Counted from the whole stretch's first letter, positions 23,870-36,375 are shown. The stretch: DNA of 63,058 bases, filler included, from Octopus bimaculoides (GCF_001194135.2; 6 parts of 6 records of this genome joined end to end with filler, not necessarily neighbours in it), one strand, 5' to 3'. The notes: generated from the sequence alone by a model not told the origin. Made by a program: numbers and translations.

Positions 23870-25167
23870 TCATAAACATCATTTTTATATTGATGTAAAT
23901 ATTTTTTGAAAAAAATGTTCATGTATCTCATATTTGAATCGACCAATTTATATTTATATGTGATGTAAATGACATATGTCATTTTAGACACGTCTATTTA
24001 TATTTTTATTAATTTCTTTTCTTTATCAAACTATATATTTCTCTGCATGTAGGTTTATATGTAAGTGCACTAATGCTCACATAGACACACAAAAACTTAC
24101 ACAGATACACACATGCACAAACACACATGTATGTTGAGGCATCGTCAGTGTATGAAACGAAAGTGCGCCAGGAGAAACAACTCCAAGGAGCCACCGGCGT
24201 GCTTTCGGAAACAAAGACAAATGAAAACGTATTAACACACATAATTAATTATAGACCTATTGAAATTATCCTCGCCTTCAGGAGATGAAGGACAAAACAA
24301 CTGGACTAACCCAGAGTAAGAAGGAGAAGCAACCCCAAGAATCAAGGGGTCTCTAAAATTGACACCGTTAAGGAAAAGACAATCGGATTGTCTGGAGACA
24401 TGATAACATCTATGTTTCTTGTGCACAATTTATCTTGTATGTTATTTAATATTCCCTTATTCGTCTTTGTTATACATACATACATACATACATCCATACA
24501 TACATACGTACATCAAACGTATATGTGTGTGTGTGTGTATGCATGTGTGTATGTGTGTATCTGGGTGTGTGTGTTTTTATGGTGGGTGAATGGGTGTGTA
24601 TATCTGTCTGTCTGTCTGTCTGTATGTATGTATGTATGTATGTATATGCCTGCCTGTGTGATTACATATATAAATACAGTCATATAACTTCCAAAAATTC
24701 CTGGCCCAGCAGTGCTACCAGCAGCAAGATGATGATCGGAAAAAAACAACTCTATCGGTTGTTCTTTTATGCGCGAAGGGCAGAGGAATTGCGGCCCTTC
24801 AGTGAATTTGCTGCGTAATGAATGGGAATGATTTAAGTGGTGAAAATGGCCACGTAACTGGACCCACTAGTATGTGGTTGTAGACCCGGGAATACAGCTG
24901 AGAGAGGTCATTCTGCTTGCTTATCAGAAAATTTTTGAATTTTCGGGGTTCTAAGATTAACACAAGCTGATTGTTACTCAATTGAAAGATATCGTTTCTT
25001 ATCATTTGGAACATGCTTCCTTACTATATCTGGTTTCGTTTCGCAATCGATTTTAACTCAAGGGTCACTTTTCTTTTCTTTAGAGACAAACCATCGTTAT
25101 TTTAACGTTTGAATTTTCTTTTGGGGTGGAAGGAGAGGAAACGTGAATAAATACAGACAGGAACAGC

Positions 25168-25207
<40 letters not shown>

Positions 25208-25224
25208 GCAACAACAACAACAAC

Positions 25225-25276
<52 letters not shown>

Positions 25277-25888
25277 GTGGTATAATCACCACCCTGAGGT
25301 TGTAACTGAAGGAGAAAATGTAATGCCTCTTTGGAACTTTCCAGTACATACAGACCGAACCAACAAGGCTAATAAACCGGATATATTTGTGAAAGACCAA
25401 AACAGATAAATTTGTTTATTAATTGATATGAGCATTCGTTGTGATCATAATATCTCTGCAAAAGCATTTGACAAACTGAGAAAATGTAAAGATTTGTGCA
25501 TTGCAATTGAAAAATGTTTGCTTTATGTCTCGAGTCGGTTACAATACCAGTGATCGTAGGAGAACTAGGAATGATCAAAACAAGGAAATGAAAATTATTT
25601 GAGAATGATCTCTGACTTAACATCCCTGCAAGAAGTGCAAAAGATTGTTTTAACTGGTACGTCACACGTATTGAGTGGAGCATTTTCAGTGTGAAAATGA
25701 TTGCTACCCAGGTATTTTATTTTATTTTGTTTTAATATTTTGTTTCACGTAACTCCATTTCATCTTGAAAATGAACAATCTATTGTGCTTCGTTTAATGG
25801 GCTATCAATGTATACAGTGAATTTCTTTGCCCGAGGAATCAGGAAGACACTCGGCAAGAAATGGAAACAAACTTGAAAGAGGGAAAAC
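25277..25888 (+). mobile_element. 5'-truncated RLE non-LTR retrotransposon, family F3, with AAT tracts on both sides
   Basis: WYNHHPEVVTEGENVMPLWNFPVHTDRTNKANKPDIFVKD...LIDMS...DKLRKCKDL...LQEVQKIVLTGTSHVL; 3' UTR matches the copy at 46400-46545. Confidence 0.9.
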
Positions 25889-25893
25889 TAATG

Positions 25894-25938
<45 letters not shown>

Positions 25939-25998
25939 GCAACAACAACAACAATAATAATTACAGTTATAATAATAATGATGATAATAATGATAATA

Positions 25999-26520
25999 GG
26001 CAGTGACTCTCATGGCTTTTAATCTTAAATGATTGGAAGTGTTATCATGTGCATTGTTTCATCTTGGTATAAAAGACGGGCTACAGAAAATATTCTGCTC
26101 AATATCACAGATTTGCTTGTCAGTTGTTTGACTTTAACCTTAGTGGCTGACGATATGTGCATCTCTGATCACGAGTAGAAGTTTTGGGGGAGCATCATAG
26201 CCATGTGTTGAGAGGAATCCTTTGGGGCTTGAATAATTCACCTCTGGAAACATTAGTGTTCCGTTCAACGGCCTTACAGAATCCTTATTCAGAGACCTTT
26301 TCAGCGGGATGGGCTACTCAACCTGATGAAAATTCTAACTGGGCCCCACCTGCAAGGTCATGAACTGTTTATCTTGATATGGGATCACCATGTTACACAC
26401 ATATGGTTGTGATGCATGTGCCTGGTGTACCCTTATCAGACGGGTAGTCATGATGGGTATACTGGGCTTTGTATATTTTACCCCAGTGTCACTTTGATGG
26501 CATGCACTGCTCTTTCACTC
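25999..26520. mobile_element. About 520-bp non-coding interspersed element (element X) flanked by AAT tracts
   Basis: Complex sequence with sharp borders against AAT repeats and no ORF. It resembles an abundant octopus repeat from memory (not checked). Confidence 0.5.
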
Positions 26521-26759
26521 AATAATAATAATAGTAGTAGTAGTCCTTTCTACTAAAAGCACAAGGCCTGAAATTTGGAGGGAGAGGACTAGTCGATTAC
26601 ATCGACCCCAGTGTTTCACTGGTACTTAATTTATCAACCCCGAAAGGATAAAAGACAAAGTCGACTTCGGCGGAATTTGAACTCAGAACGTATAGACAAA
26701 CGAAATACCGCTAAGCATTTCGTCCAGTGTGCTAACGATTCTGCCAGCTCGCTGCCTTA
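26521..26759 (-). mobile_element. SINE type B, full length
   Basis: Reverse complement of head ...GATTCTGCCAGCTCGCTGCC, core and tail. Confidence 0.9.
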
Positions 26760-26765
26760 ATAATA

Positions 26766-26800
<35 letters not shown>

Positions 26801-27400
26801 ATACAGAATAGACAATATATCAGAAAGTGATAATTTCAGAATTTGTGGACAAAATGGTGAAACCGTATGGCATATTACCAGCCAATGTACGCCATAAGCC
26901 CAGAAAGAATATAAGAGACGTCATGACAATATAGCAAGGATTGTCCATTGGACACTTTGCAACAAGTATGGACTTGACAGGGCAAAAACGTGGTACTAAC
27001 ATAAACCCGAAGGCATCATCGAAAATGATAATGCAAAGATCCGATGGGATTTCATGATTCAGTGTGACCATGCGACAGAGAATAGGAAACCAGACATAGT
27101 GTTGAGAAAGAAGGCAAACGATGCTGGATCATAAATATAGCATGCGCAGTTGACAACAAGTTATGCGATATGAAAGAAAGAAAAGTCGATTTATATGACA
27201 GGTTAGCTTGGGAGGTTAAGCAGTTGTGGTTGCTGAAAAAGGTGGTAATACTACCAATAATTATCGGAGCTCTGGGAACAGTGAGTAAAAATCTTGAGAA
27301 GTACATGGAACAAATAGGGGCTGCAATAATGGTGGAGCACTTGCAGAAAACAGCACTGCTTGGAACCACTCGAATACTCCGGATGGTGCTCGAAAAATAA
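26801..27400 (+). mobile_element. RLE non-LTR retrotransposon 3' coding fragment, family F2
   Basis: RICGQNGETVWHITSQC (CCHC knuckle region), AQKEYKRRHDNIARIVHW, WDFMIQCDH...RKPDIV, IIIGALGTVSKNL...LQKTALLGTTRILRMVLEK*. Confidence 0.92.
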
Positions 27401-27695
27401 AGGATAGCAAATGATACTTCACAGTTGACGCTTAGCTAAACTACACCAAGGCTGGACAAGAAAAAATATTCCAAGTAAGTCCGCTTTGAGATATGTCCCC
27501 TCAAAGGATATTATTATTAGTATCATTAAGCGCGGTAGAAGATTAAGCAGAATTTGTAGAGCAAAAGACATACATTGTTTAGTACCTGCACTTTCTCTAC
27601 TAAATTCTTGTAAATATCAGTTTTGACTTTCATCCTTCTAAGATCGATAGAATAAAGTACCAGTGTATTGAAATCGATATAATTGTCGTCTATAC

Positions 27696-27945
27696 AAGTG
27701 AGTCTGAACCATTTTTCACCTATGGACCCCTTTCATTCCTACTTTTCTCGAGTGGCCTTTCATAGCCATTTGATATTTAAGAAATCCTATTATATATTAT
27801 TAAACATTATTTGGAATTGTGTTTAAAAATTGTTAAAATATTTTGAGGTTTTTAGACGTATGACCGATTTATTGCACATAAATTTTAACAACTAAATCTT
27901 AAATGGACCTCCAAGGGTTATATGGATCCCGGTTAAGAACCACAA
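27696..27945 (+). mobile_element. hAT/Charlie-type MITE, 250 bp
   Basis: 8-bp TSD GTCTATAC (27688-27695) / GTCTATAT (27946-27953); degenerate TIRs; subterminal ATGGACC repeats. Confidence 0.7.
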
Positions 27946-28004
27946 GTCTATATCCTTGCATTGAATTTGACGCCTTAGACTTTTATTACAAATCAGATTC
28001 TCTA

Positions 28005-28059
<55 letters not shown>

Positions 28060-29289
28060 TCCCTTGTATGAGATAAAGCCCTCCAGTAATAATGGCCCAT
28101 GTGCTATTGGTATATTGTTTGTTGCTTGCTCCTGCTACAGCAATTTTAACTCAAGAGTCACTTTTCTTTTCTCTAGAGAGAAACCATCGTTATTTTGACG
28201 TTTGAATTTTCTTTTGGGGTGGAGGGAGAGAAATGTGAATAAATAGATATATGAAAAATAAGAGAAATAATAATAATGATAATAGCGGATGACACTTCAC
28301 CGTTGACGGCTTAGCTAAACTCCACCAAGGCTGGACGAGCAGAGAGATATTCCAAACGAAATATGTCGGTTTTTGCACACAGAGAGTGTGGTGGATAGCG
28401 AGAGATGGGAAGCGAGAGCTCAATGCCCCGTTATCCCGTTATCCCGCTGTTGTTCTCTCTTGTCTGTTTGCTCGTTGCCTATCGCTTCCCGCCTGTTACC
28501 GCTCTGCTCGCTCTGATGGGCAGTAATGAAGTGTAGTCTTCCAATGTAGTGACGTTCTCTTAATGAAGCTGTCATCTAAGTGGCAAAAATCTTTCGCCAA
28601 TGAAGACGAGTGTATGTATGTATGTATGTATGTATGTATGTATGTATATTCATATATATATATATATGCATACATGCATACTTACACATATATGTGTACT
28701 AATTGAGTGTTTATACGTGTGCTATGTGTATTTATATGCATAAATATACATGTGTGTATATATGTATTTTGCTTATTTGTGTTTGTGTATGAATGTGTAT
28801 GTGTATGGAACAGCCAGGTCGGTGTATATGTTGAGCAAAGAGCTCGACGTCAGATTCTTTCTGGCTTAGGACTGTTTGTTTGGACAGCGTATAATTGTTT
28901 TCAGACAACATAGTTAATATATAAAGAATACGAAGTTATTCGATTGTTGCTTCCTTTCTCTCGTTATTCCTACCTTTCTTTCTCTCCCCCTCTCTCTTTC
29001 TGCCTATCTGTCCTTCACTTTTACTATACAATAATTTCATCATATATTTTTCTGTTTCCTTTCCTTTTCTTTCTCTCTATGCTATTCCATCTCTTTTCTC
29101 TATAATAAATATTTTGGGCTTTATTTCCTTGATTTCTATGTTTATTGTTATTCAATATTTGTTGGTTCGTGATGATTGTGGATGTCAGTCAGAACCACAA
29201 GAACACCATCAAACTACCTATGCCGTATTTTATGTTTCTGAGTTCAAATACGGCAAGAATTGACTAGGCCCATTTTTCACCCTTTAGAG

Positions 29290-29534
29290 ATATAGATCTC
29301 AATCATGGTCCATGTGGCCCTTTGGGTTCAATACTGTTAAAATTGATGTGCAATAAATTGGTTATACTTCTACAATACAGAAAATATTTCAACATATTTT
29401 ATTATACAATCCCTAATGATACTCAATTATAAAAATATTATGGGACTTTTAAAAACATTGAATGTTTATTAGGATCCAGCAGGGTAAAATAGGAATCAAA
29501 GGGGTCGAAAGGCAAAAATGGTTGAGATCCTCTG
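29290..29534 (-). mobile_element. hAT/Charlie-type MITE, 245 bp
   Basis: 8-bp TSD CTTTAGAG (29282-29289) / CTTTAGAA (29535-29542); TIRs ATATAGATCTCAATCA / TGGTTGAGATCCTCTG. Confidence 0.75.
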
Positions 29535-29794
29535 CTTTAGAATGACTAGTATTAAAAAAAAAACTGCAGTTAGTTTAATCAACAGAAACTCTCCCTAAGT
29601 TGGAAGCCCTGTGCCATAGTTAGAAATCAATATTTGTATTATGCGAGTGGTCGAACAAAGTGATTTACAGTTTTACACTTTTTCCGGAATTGAGCAATGT
29701 TGCAATTCCGGTTTCAAAGTTACAACACGAATTTTGAAAAACAACCATACAAAAGATCTCAACACCTTCCCATGCATTATCAGGATGTTTAATA

Positions 29795-30010
29795 TTCCTT
29801 TCCGCTGTAAGCACAAGGCCAACAATTTGGGAGGAGTGAGACAGTCGATTACATTGACCTCTGTGCTCAGCTGGTATTTATTTCATTGACCCTGAAATGA
29901 TGAAAGGCAAAGTCGACCTCAGCAGAATCTGAACTCAGAATGTAGAAATGGACAAAATTCTCAGCGCATTTCGTCCGGCGCGCCAAAGATTCTGCCAGCT
30001 CACCGCCTTA
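29795..30010 (-). mobile_element. SINE type B, full length
   Basis: Reverse-complement head, core and tail as at 26521-26759. Confidence 0.85.
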
Positions 30011-30028
30011 CCAATATGTTTAATAATG

Positions 30029-30242
30029 ATTTCAAATTTTTGCACAAGGCCAGCAAGTTTGTGGGAGGGGATAAATCGGTTACATTGACCCTACTGTTCA
30101 ACTGGTACTCATTTTATCGACTCCGAAATGATGAAAGGCAAAGTCGACTTCGATGGAATGTGATCTCAGTACGTAAAGACGGACGAAATGCTGCTAAACA
30201 TATAGTCCGGCGCGCTGACGATTCTACCAACTCACCGTCTTA
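30029..30242 (-). mobile_element. SINE type B, full length, with an 18-bp flanking duplication
   Basis: Flanked by CCAATATGTTTAATAATG (30011-30028) and CCAAGATGTTTAATAATG (30243-30260). Confidence 0.85.
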
Positions 30243-30989
30243 CCAAGATGTTTAATAATGTTGGTACAATTTTTTTTTTTTTTTTTTACTTTTATGATGC
30301 AGTAAGTTTTATGTAGATAATCCTCCATTTGGATTAAATATGACATGAGGACATATCCTTCATCTTCTACGACGCATGGTGAATTTTTGAGACTTGCTTT
30401 AAGAGAAAAAAATAGTGTCATCAACGCTGGGAAATTATTATAATGCTCAATTACGTTATACACTGGGAAAAGGTAATAATAATATTTGATTACATCATCA
30501 CAGTTTAACACTATGCTGAAGTATCGTATTTATTTTGAGTTCAAATCTTACCGGAATTGGCTCTGTATTTCATCCTCTTGAGGGGCTCGATAAAATAAGT
30601 ACAAGTTAATATTTTTAACCAGTCATACTCCCCCTATTCCAGCATTAGTGACCCTGTGCCCCGAGAAAAACAAAAAAAAAGGAGAGTAGAATCGGAAGTG
30701 CGTTAAACAAGAATACTGTTTCAGCATTTACTCAAGTTCAAAACAAGCCGCGGTCGACGTGGCTTTTCAACCTTCCGAAGCCAACTGAACTAATACCAAT
30801 TTATATATTAGGGTTAATTTAATTCATTGCGCTTTTCCACCGCTTACATGTACTTAATTTAATGATCAGTATTAGCATTAGGTAGGCGACGAATTAACAG
30901 AGTTGGATAGAACTGCTTCTCTAAGACTCTCTTGATCAGCTGGATTGAGTTTCTTGCTTTTTTTTTTTTAAGCTAGTACAGTTGTTATT

Positions 30990-31172
30990 GTGGCCGGATA
31001 AAATGCTTAGTGGTATTTCCTCGGGCTTTGCATTCTGAGTTAGAATGCCGCCGATGTCAACTTTGCCTTACATTATTTCGGGGTCGGATACTTGAGCATT
31101 GGGGTTGATGTAATTGATTAGCTACCTGCCTCCAAAATCTAAAGGCTTGTGTGTACAGTAGAAAGGATTATT
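30990..31172 (+). mobile_element. Decayed SINE type B
   Basis: AAATGCTTAGTGGTATTTC...TTCTGAGTT...GGGGTTGATGTAATTGAT...GTAGAAAGGATTATT. Confidence 0.7.
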
Positions 31173-31754
31173 CATGTTGTATAGCCACAGTAAGGCCTGA
31201 CAGCGGACTCCTATTGCTCGTGCGTGCTTGTCTATGATAGGTGTTTAAAAACTAGAATATTTTTCGTTGATAAAACATAAACCAAAAAACTACGATACCG
31301 TAATATATTCAGTCTGAGTATTATTTCTCTCCATAACAACTTACTATCCAATTCTATAAGTACGAATATACACATGTGTGTGTGTGTGTGTGTGATAGGT
31401 ACATAGATAGACAGATAGACATACAGACAGACGTATATGTTTATGTGTATCCATATTTGATTACACAAACGTAATTATGCAGTAAATACACATAAACAAA
31501 TAGGCAAGCACACACATACACACACACACTCACACACACACACGCACGCACGCACATACGTGTAAATACATATAAGCTTACAGACAATATGTGTTATACA
31601 TACGCGTATGATTGTATACGCCTGTGTGTATGAACTATTTGCATCTGCACGAAATAAAAATGTATATTCACGCGAACACACATACATGTATGTGTGAGAG
31701 AGNNNNNNNNNNNNNNNNNNNNNNNNNNNNNNNNNNNNNNNNNNNNNNNNNNNN

Positions 31755-31814
<60 letters not shown>

Positions 31815-32228
31815 AAATGTTCTAGAATGAGTAAGTATATGGCAGAAAATCATTTCGAGGGAAATGAGAAAATGAAAGTAAATGAAAAATAATTTTATTG
31901 AAAGAGAGACAGGGAGACGATGAGAGTGAGAGGGGGAGGTCTATGAGAAAATGATTCATGTTTCTTTCTATTACAAGTTGAATATGTTACTTTCTTCTTT
32001 ATATCTCAATGTATAATATTACATGTGTATATATTAGACAATTGTGTCGATATTGATTTAACGGGACACATAATGAAAATATAAATAATCTCAATTGATA
32101 TCGTATAAAGATATCACGCTAGACTGATCACAGACATACACAGATGTAAGGATACGTATATTTTATATGTAATATATTATATACAATGTTTATATGTTTA
32201 TGTACGTGTATGTATGTATATATATATA

Positions 32229-32282
<54 letters not shown>

Positions 32283-32848
32283 NNNNNNNNNNNNNNNNNN
32301 NNNNNNNNNNNNNNNNNNNNNNNNNNNNNNNNNNNNNNNNNNNNNNNNNNNNNNNNNNNNNNNNNNNNNNNNNNNNNNNNNNNNNNNNNNNNNNNNNNNN
32401 NNNNNNNNNNNNNNNNNNNNNNNNNNNNNNNNNNNNNNNNNNNNNNNNNNNNNNNNNNNNNNNNNNNNNNNNNNNNNNNNNNNNNNNNNNNNNNNNNNNN
32501 NNNNNNNNNNNNNNNNNNNNNNNNNNNNNNNNNNNNNNNNNNNNNNNNNNNNNNNNNNNNNNNNNNNNNNNNNNNNNNNNNNNNNNNNNNNNNNNNNNNN
32601 NNNNNNNNNNNNNNNNNNNNNNNNNNNNNNNNNNNNNNNNNNNNNNNNNNNNNNNNNNNNNNNNNNNNNNNNNNNNNNNNNNNNNNNNNNNNNNNNNNNN
32701 NNNNNNNNNNNNNNNNNNNNNNNNNNNNNNNNNNNNNNNNNNNNNNNNNNNNNNNNNNNNNNNNNNNNNNNNNNNNNNNNNNNNNNNNNNNNNNNNNNNN
32801 NNNNNNNNNNNNNNNNNNNNNNNNNNNNNNNNNNNNNNNNNNNNNNNN

Positions 32849-32894
<46 letters not shown>

Positions 32895-33219
32895 GCGAAA
32901 ACCTACATCAGTACCTCATAGTTGCACAGCAGTGGCATTGGTTATTCGATGGCTATGGTACCGGGGCGTATATCCTGTCAGGTTCAACCAAGCTACAAAG
33001 AACTACTTTGCGGAAGCGAGCGCGTTGGATGCTAGCTAAACTAAAGAGGTAATAAATGGCCTGCCCGCCCAGCCAGTGGGGTAACTTCATCTTAAAATCT
33101 AAAACAATGCGAGGTAATGGATCTCAATATCCTGCATGTTAATCGGAGCTCTCCATGGTAACGGAGAGAAATCGGTGACCAGAGGCTGCTAAGAACCAAG
33201 GAATCAGATAGCAATTCTT

Positions 33220-33830
33220 GCCATATGTACCTACAACTCCAGGCCTTTGACAGAGAGAACCAGAATAACCCATCGAATAGAAAAGAAAAAGAAAAGCTTT
33301 GTGAAACATGTTGAAGGAAATAAATAAATGTGAAATAGACAGATAGAAGTGTTGTGAGACTCGGAAAAGCAGAAGGTGCGAGAGCAGCAAATGGTATAGG
33401 GTTCATCGTAAGCAAAGAATGAGCATCGAAAATTGCTTTTTGCCAGTTGCTTTCATTATGCATCGAAACGCTAAACATTTGTCTCTCAAGAAATGCCAAC
33501 CTGAAAATCATCCACCGTATGTTCCCACATATACGAACGAAGACAACGAAGTGGGAAAATTCTACCAAGAACTAGAGAACGCGCCAGCGGACCAATCCAC
33601 TTACACCATAAGATGAGAGATTTCAACGTAAAGGTTGGAAAAGGACGGCAAGGAGAGAAATATGTTGGTAAATTTGGATCAGGAAAGAGAAACAAAAAAG
33701 AAGAAAGTTTGGTTACCATGACAGAAACAAGAAGATTTTACATCGGGAACAGCCTACACGGGAAGCAACCCGGAAGGAGATGTACCTGGATAGTCCCTAA
33801 GGGCAAATATCATGATTAATGAAATCAGAG
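33220..33830 (+). mobile_element. RTE-clade APE endonuclease remnant
   Basis: ICTYNS..., GIGFIVS, YVPTYTNEDNEVGKFYQELE, MRDFNVKVG...VGKFGSGKRNK...IGNSL...RRCTWIVP. Confidence 0.8.
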
Positions 33831-35201
33831 AGAAATGGCTCTGAATATCTCAATGAAGAATCAACGCGTCAAGGCCTTTGAGGTAAAACAGTTACAGGAA
33901 GCAATCAACAAAGAAATTTAGAGTCAATTTGAAGACTCGATGAAGAGTAGAATTTGCTGGTTCAGAAAATTTAAAGTTGATCGGTTCGCGTTTTAGCCAC
34001 TGCTGGGTAGTGTGTTTAATTTGTTCACTGAACACTCCCTTGTTTTTCAAAAATACCCCCTAAATCACAAAATGAAGGGGGAAATGTACTCTATTCTTCA
34101 AATCCTGGCAGCAACACTGTAGCTGGAAACAGGATAGTAATCTAAATCTAAACTTTATCACATCCAAGAATATAAACCCGCTTTTAAGCACAACACACGC
34201 GGAGTAAAAAAGAAACACTTCCTTTCACCGGAACACCGGGGTCGGCACTGTCGTTCACGCAGTACCCTCTTTTCCTAGCGTGAAGCTTCTTTTGTCGGAC
34301 ATGTGAGCATACGCACAACCAAACACCGCGTCGCTGGAATCTTGAAGTGCACAATTCTATACAAGGATTTTTGTATTTTTTCATAAACTAGGGAATGGTA
34401 ACTGACATTAAGCTTAAGGATTATATAATGTACAATATAAAGAAAGAATTAAAGAAAAAAGGACTCATTATATTGAATGTTATCGATAATATCGAGTGGA
34501 AATAGTGGGTGCTGCAGCTCCGCAGTGTCTATACACGAGTTGTCACTGGTGAGAAGTAACGGCGCTTAAGAACAAGGATGGACTCACAGTGACAGATAAG
34601 GGGGTGGATGGAGGATGTATGTAAAACCTACTCCGAGCTTTATATATTCAGTGAAGCTCGACCCCACAAAGCCACGAATCCTAGAAGAAATGTCACCCAT
34701 TCTGATCGATGCTGCACTGCACGTTGGTGTGCTATTTTGTTGATTAAATTATATTTAAAACCGCATGTTTCTTTATCTAGAAGTGTAAATTACTTGTGTT
34801 TAAAACAGAAATCTGAAGAAATGTTCGAAAAGTGAAAAGTCACGGTGGTAATTTTATGAATAATTATATTTTATAATATAATGGATTCAACATCATCATT
34901 TTGATTTTAAATGCGGCTCTATCAGATTACCTTCTAATAAAAAGACTCTCCCTACACCTGAACCATGTAAAAAAAGAAAAATTGAGCACAAGCAGAAAAA
35001 GCGTCTGTATTCATATTTGGCCAAGAACCAACAAGAAATACTAGGTGATCGCGCGCCATACCAGAAATGGCAGTTAAATCACCCTTATTTTAGACCCTAC
35101 AGCTTAAAATATTTGGCAGATCATATTGAATAAATAAAGTCTCCGTTATATATCTGTTACGAAAAATAAAAATAAAACCCGAACAGATTTTGGAAACTAG
35201 A

Positions 35202-35249
<48 letters not shown>

Positions 35250-35299
35250 AGATAGACAGACTGACAGACAGACAGACAGACAGATAGATAGATAGATAA

Positions 35300-35399
35300 N
35301 NNNNNNNNNNNNNNNNNNNNNNNNNNNNNNNNNNNNNNNNNNNTTAATTAATTAANNNNNNNNNNNNNNNNNNNNNNNNNNNNNNNNNNNNNNNNNNNN
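35300..35399. other. Artificial scaffold-join linker N44-TTAATTAATTAA-N44
   Basis: Same 100-nt pattern. Confidence 0.95.
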
Positions 35400-35456
<57 letters not shown>

Positions 35457-35769
35457 ATTTCAAAATTTTGGCTAAATATATCTGATACAGTCACAATATT
35501 ATTAAAAGCTACAAATTATTAGATTTTTCTTTTGTAAACAGGATACCATGAAACTTTATAAAACGTTTCCGTACTTTATGTATCGTGTGTAAGCATTTTC
35601 TTTGTTCAGCTTTTCTGATACACGTGTTATGGACTGTCTCCCTTTTCTGTCCGGTATGTTTTCGCTTTTTCTTGTTGCCTTTTAGTCGCTTCTTACGCCA
35701 CGAAGGGAATACGGCGACTGCATTCTACCAGTCCCCACCCCACAGTTGCAGTGGGGTTTGCAAGTCAAC

Positions 35770-35925
35770 CCATAGCTGGGACCCTTACAGGTGCTACCAC
35801 TCCGGGTCAGAGTAGACCTGGGAAAAATAGTTACTAAGAGGTGGTTTCACACTCCTCAAACCCTGAAACTAGGGCCCCAGGGTCCCACTACCGGATGTAG
35901 TTTAGAGTCATTCTCAGGACATAGG
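35770..35925 (-). mobile_element. SINE core fragment (resembles the Meta-domain type, from memory)
   Basis: GGGACCCTTACAGGTGCTACCACTCCGGGTCAGAGTAGACCTGGG...GTTTAGAGTCATTCTCAGGACA. Confidence 0.5.
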
Positions 35926-35934
35926 TGTACTGTG

Positions 35935-36045
35935 GAATGCCTAAAAAGAGGAGGAGTGACAGTAATTGAATGGTTAGTGAAGCTTATGGGTGTTTTTTAT
36001 ATGAATAGAAGAGCACCAAAGGATTGGTGCAGTCCCAACCAATTC
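35935..36045 (+). mobile_element. Short RTE pre-RT/RT fragment
   Basis: ECLKRGGVTVIEWLVKL...APKDW. Confidence 0.6.
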
Positions 36046-36219
36046 ACCAACCAAGATTTGTACTCATACAGAGATTCATTAAAGGACATTTTGATTTATC
36101 CCTACATGAGCATTTATCGTTTTTATTTGTACATAAAGCCATCAAGGTACTACCGTCCATTGCGACACGACGTTGTCGCTAAAACAATATACCTACAATG
36201 CCATATATATATATATATA

Positions 36220-36375
36220 CGACGGGCTTCTTTCAGTTTCCGTCTACCAAATCCATCACAAGGTTTTTGCAGGCCCGAGGCTATAGAAGAAGACGCTTGC
36301 TCAAGGTGCCATGCAGTAGAACTGAACCCAGAACCAAATAGTTGGGAAGCAAGCTTCTTACTACACAACAACGCG
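36220..36375 (-). mobile_element. SINE type A head
   Basis: GACGGGCTTCTTTCAGTTTCCGTCTACCAAATCC...GCAAGCTTCTTACTACACA. Confidence 0.85.
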
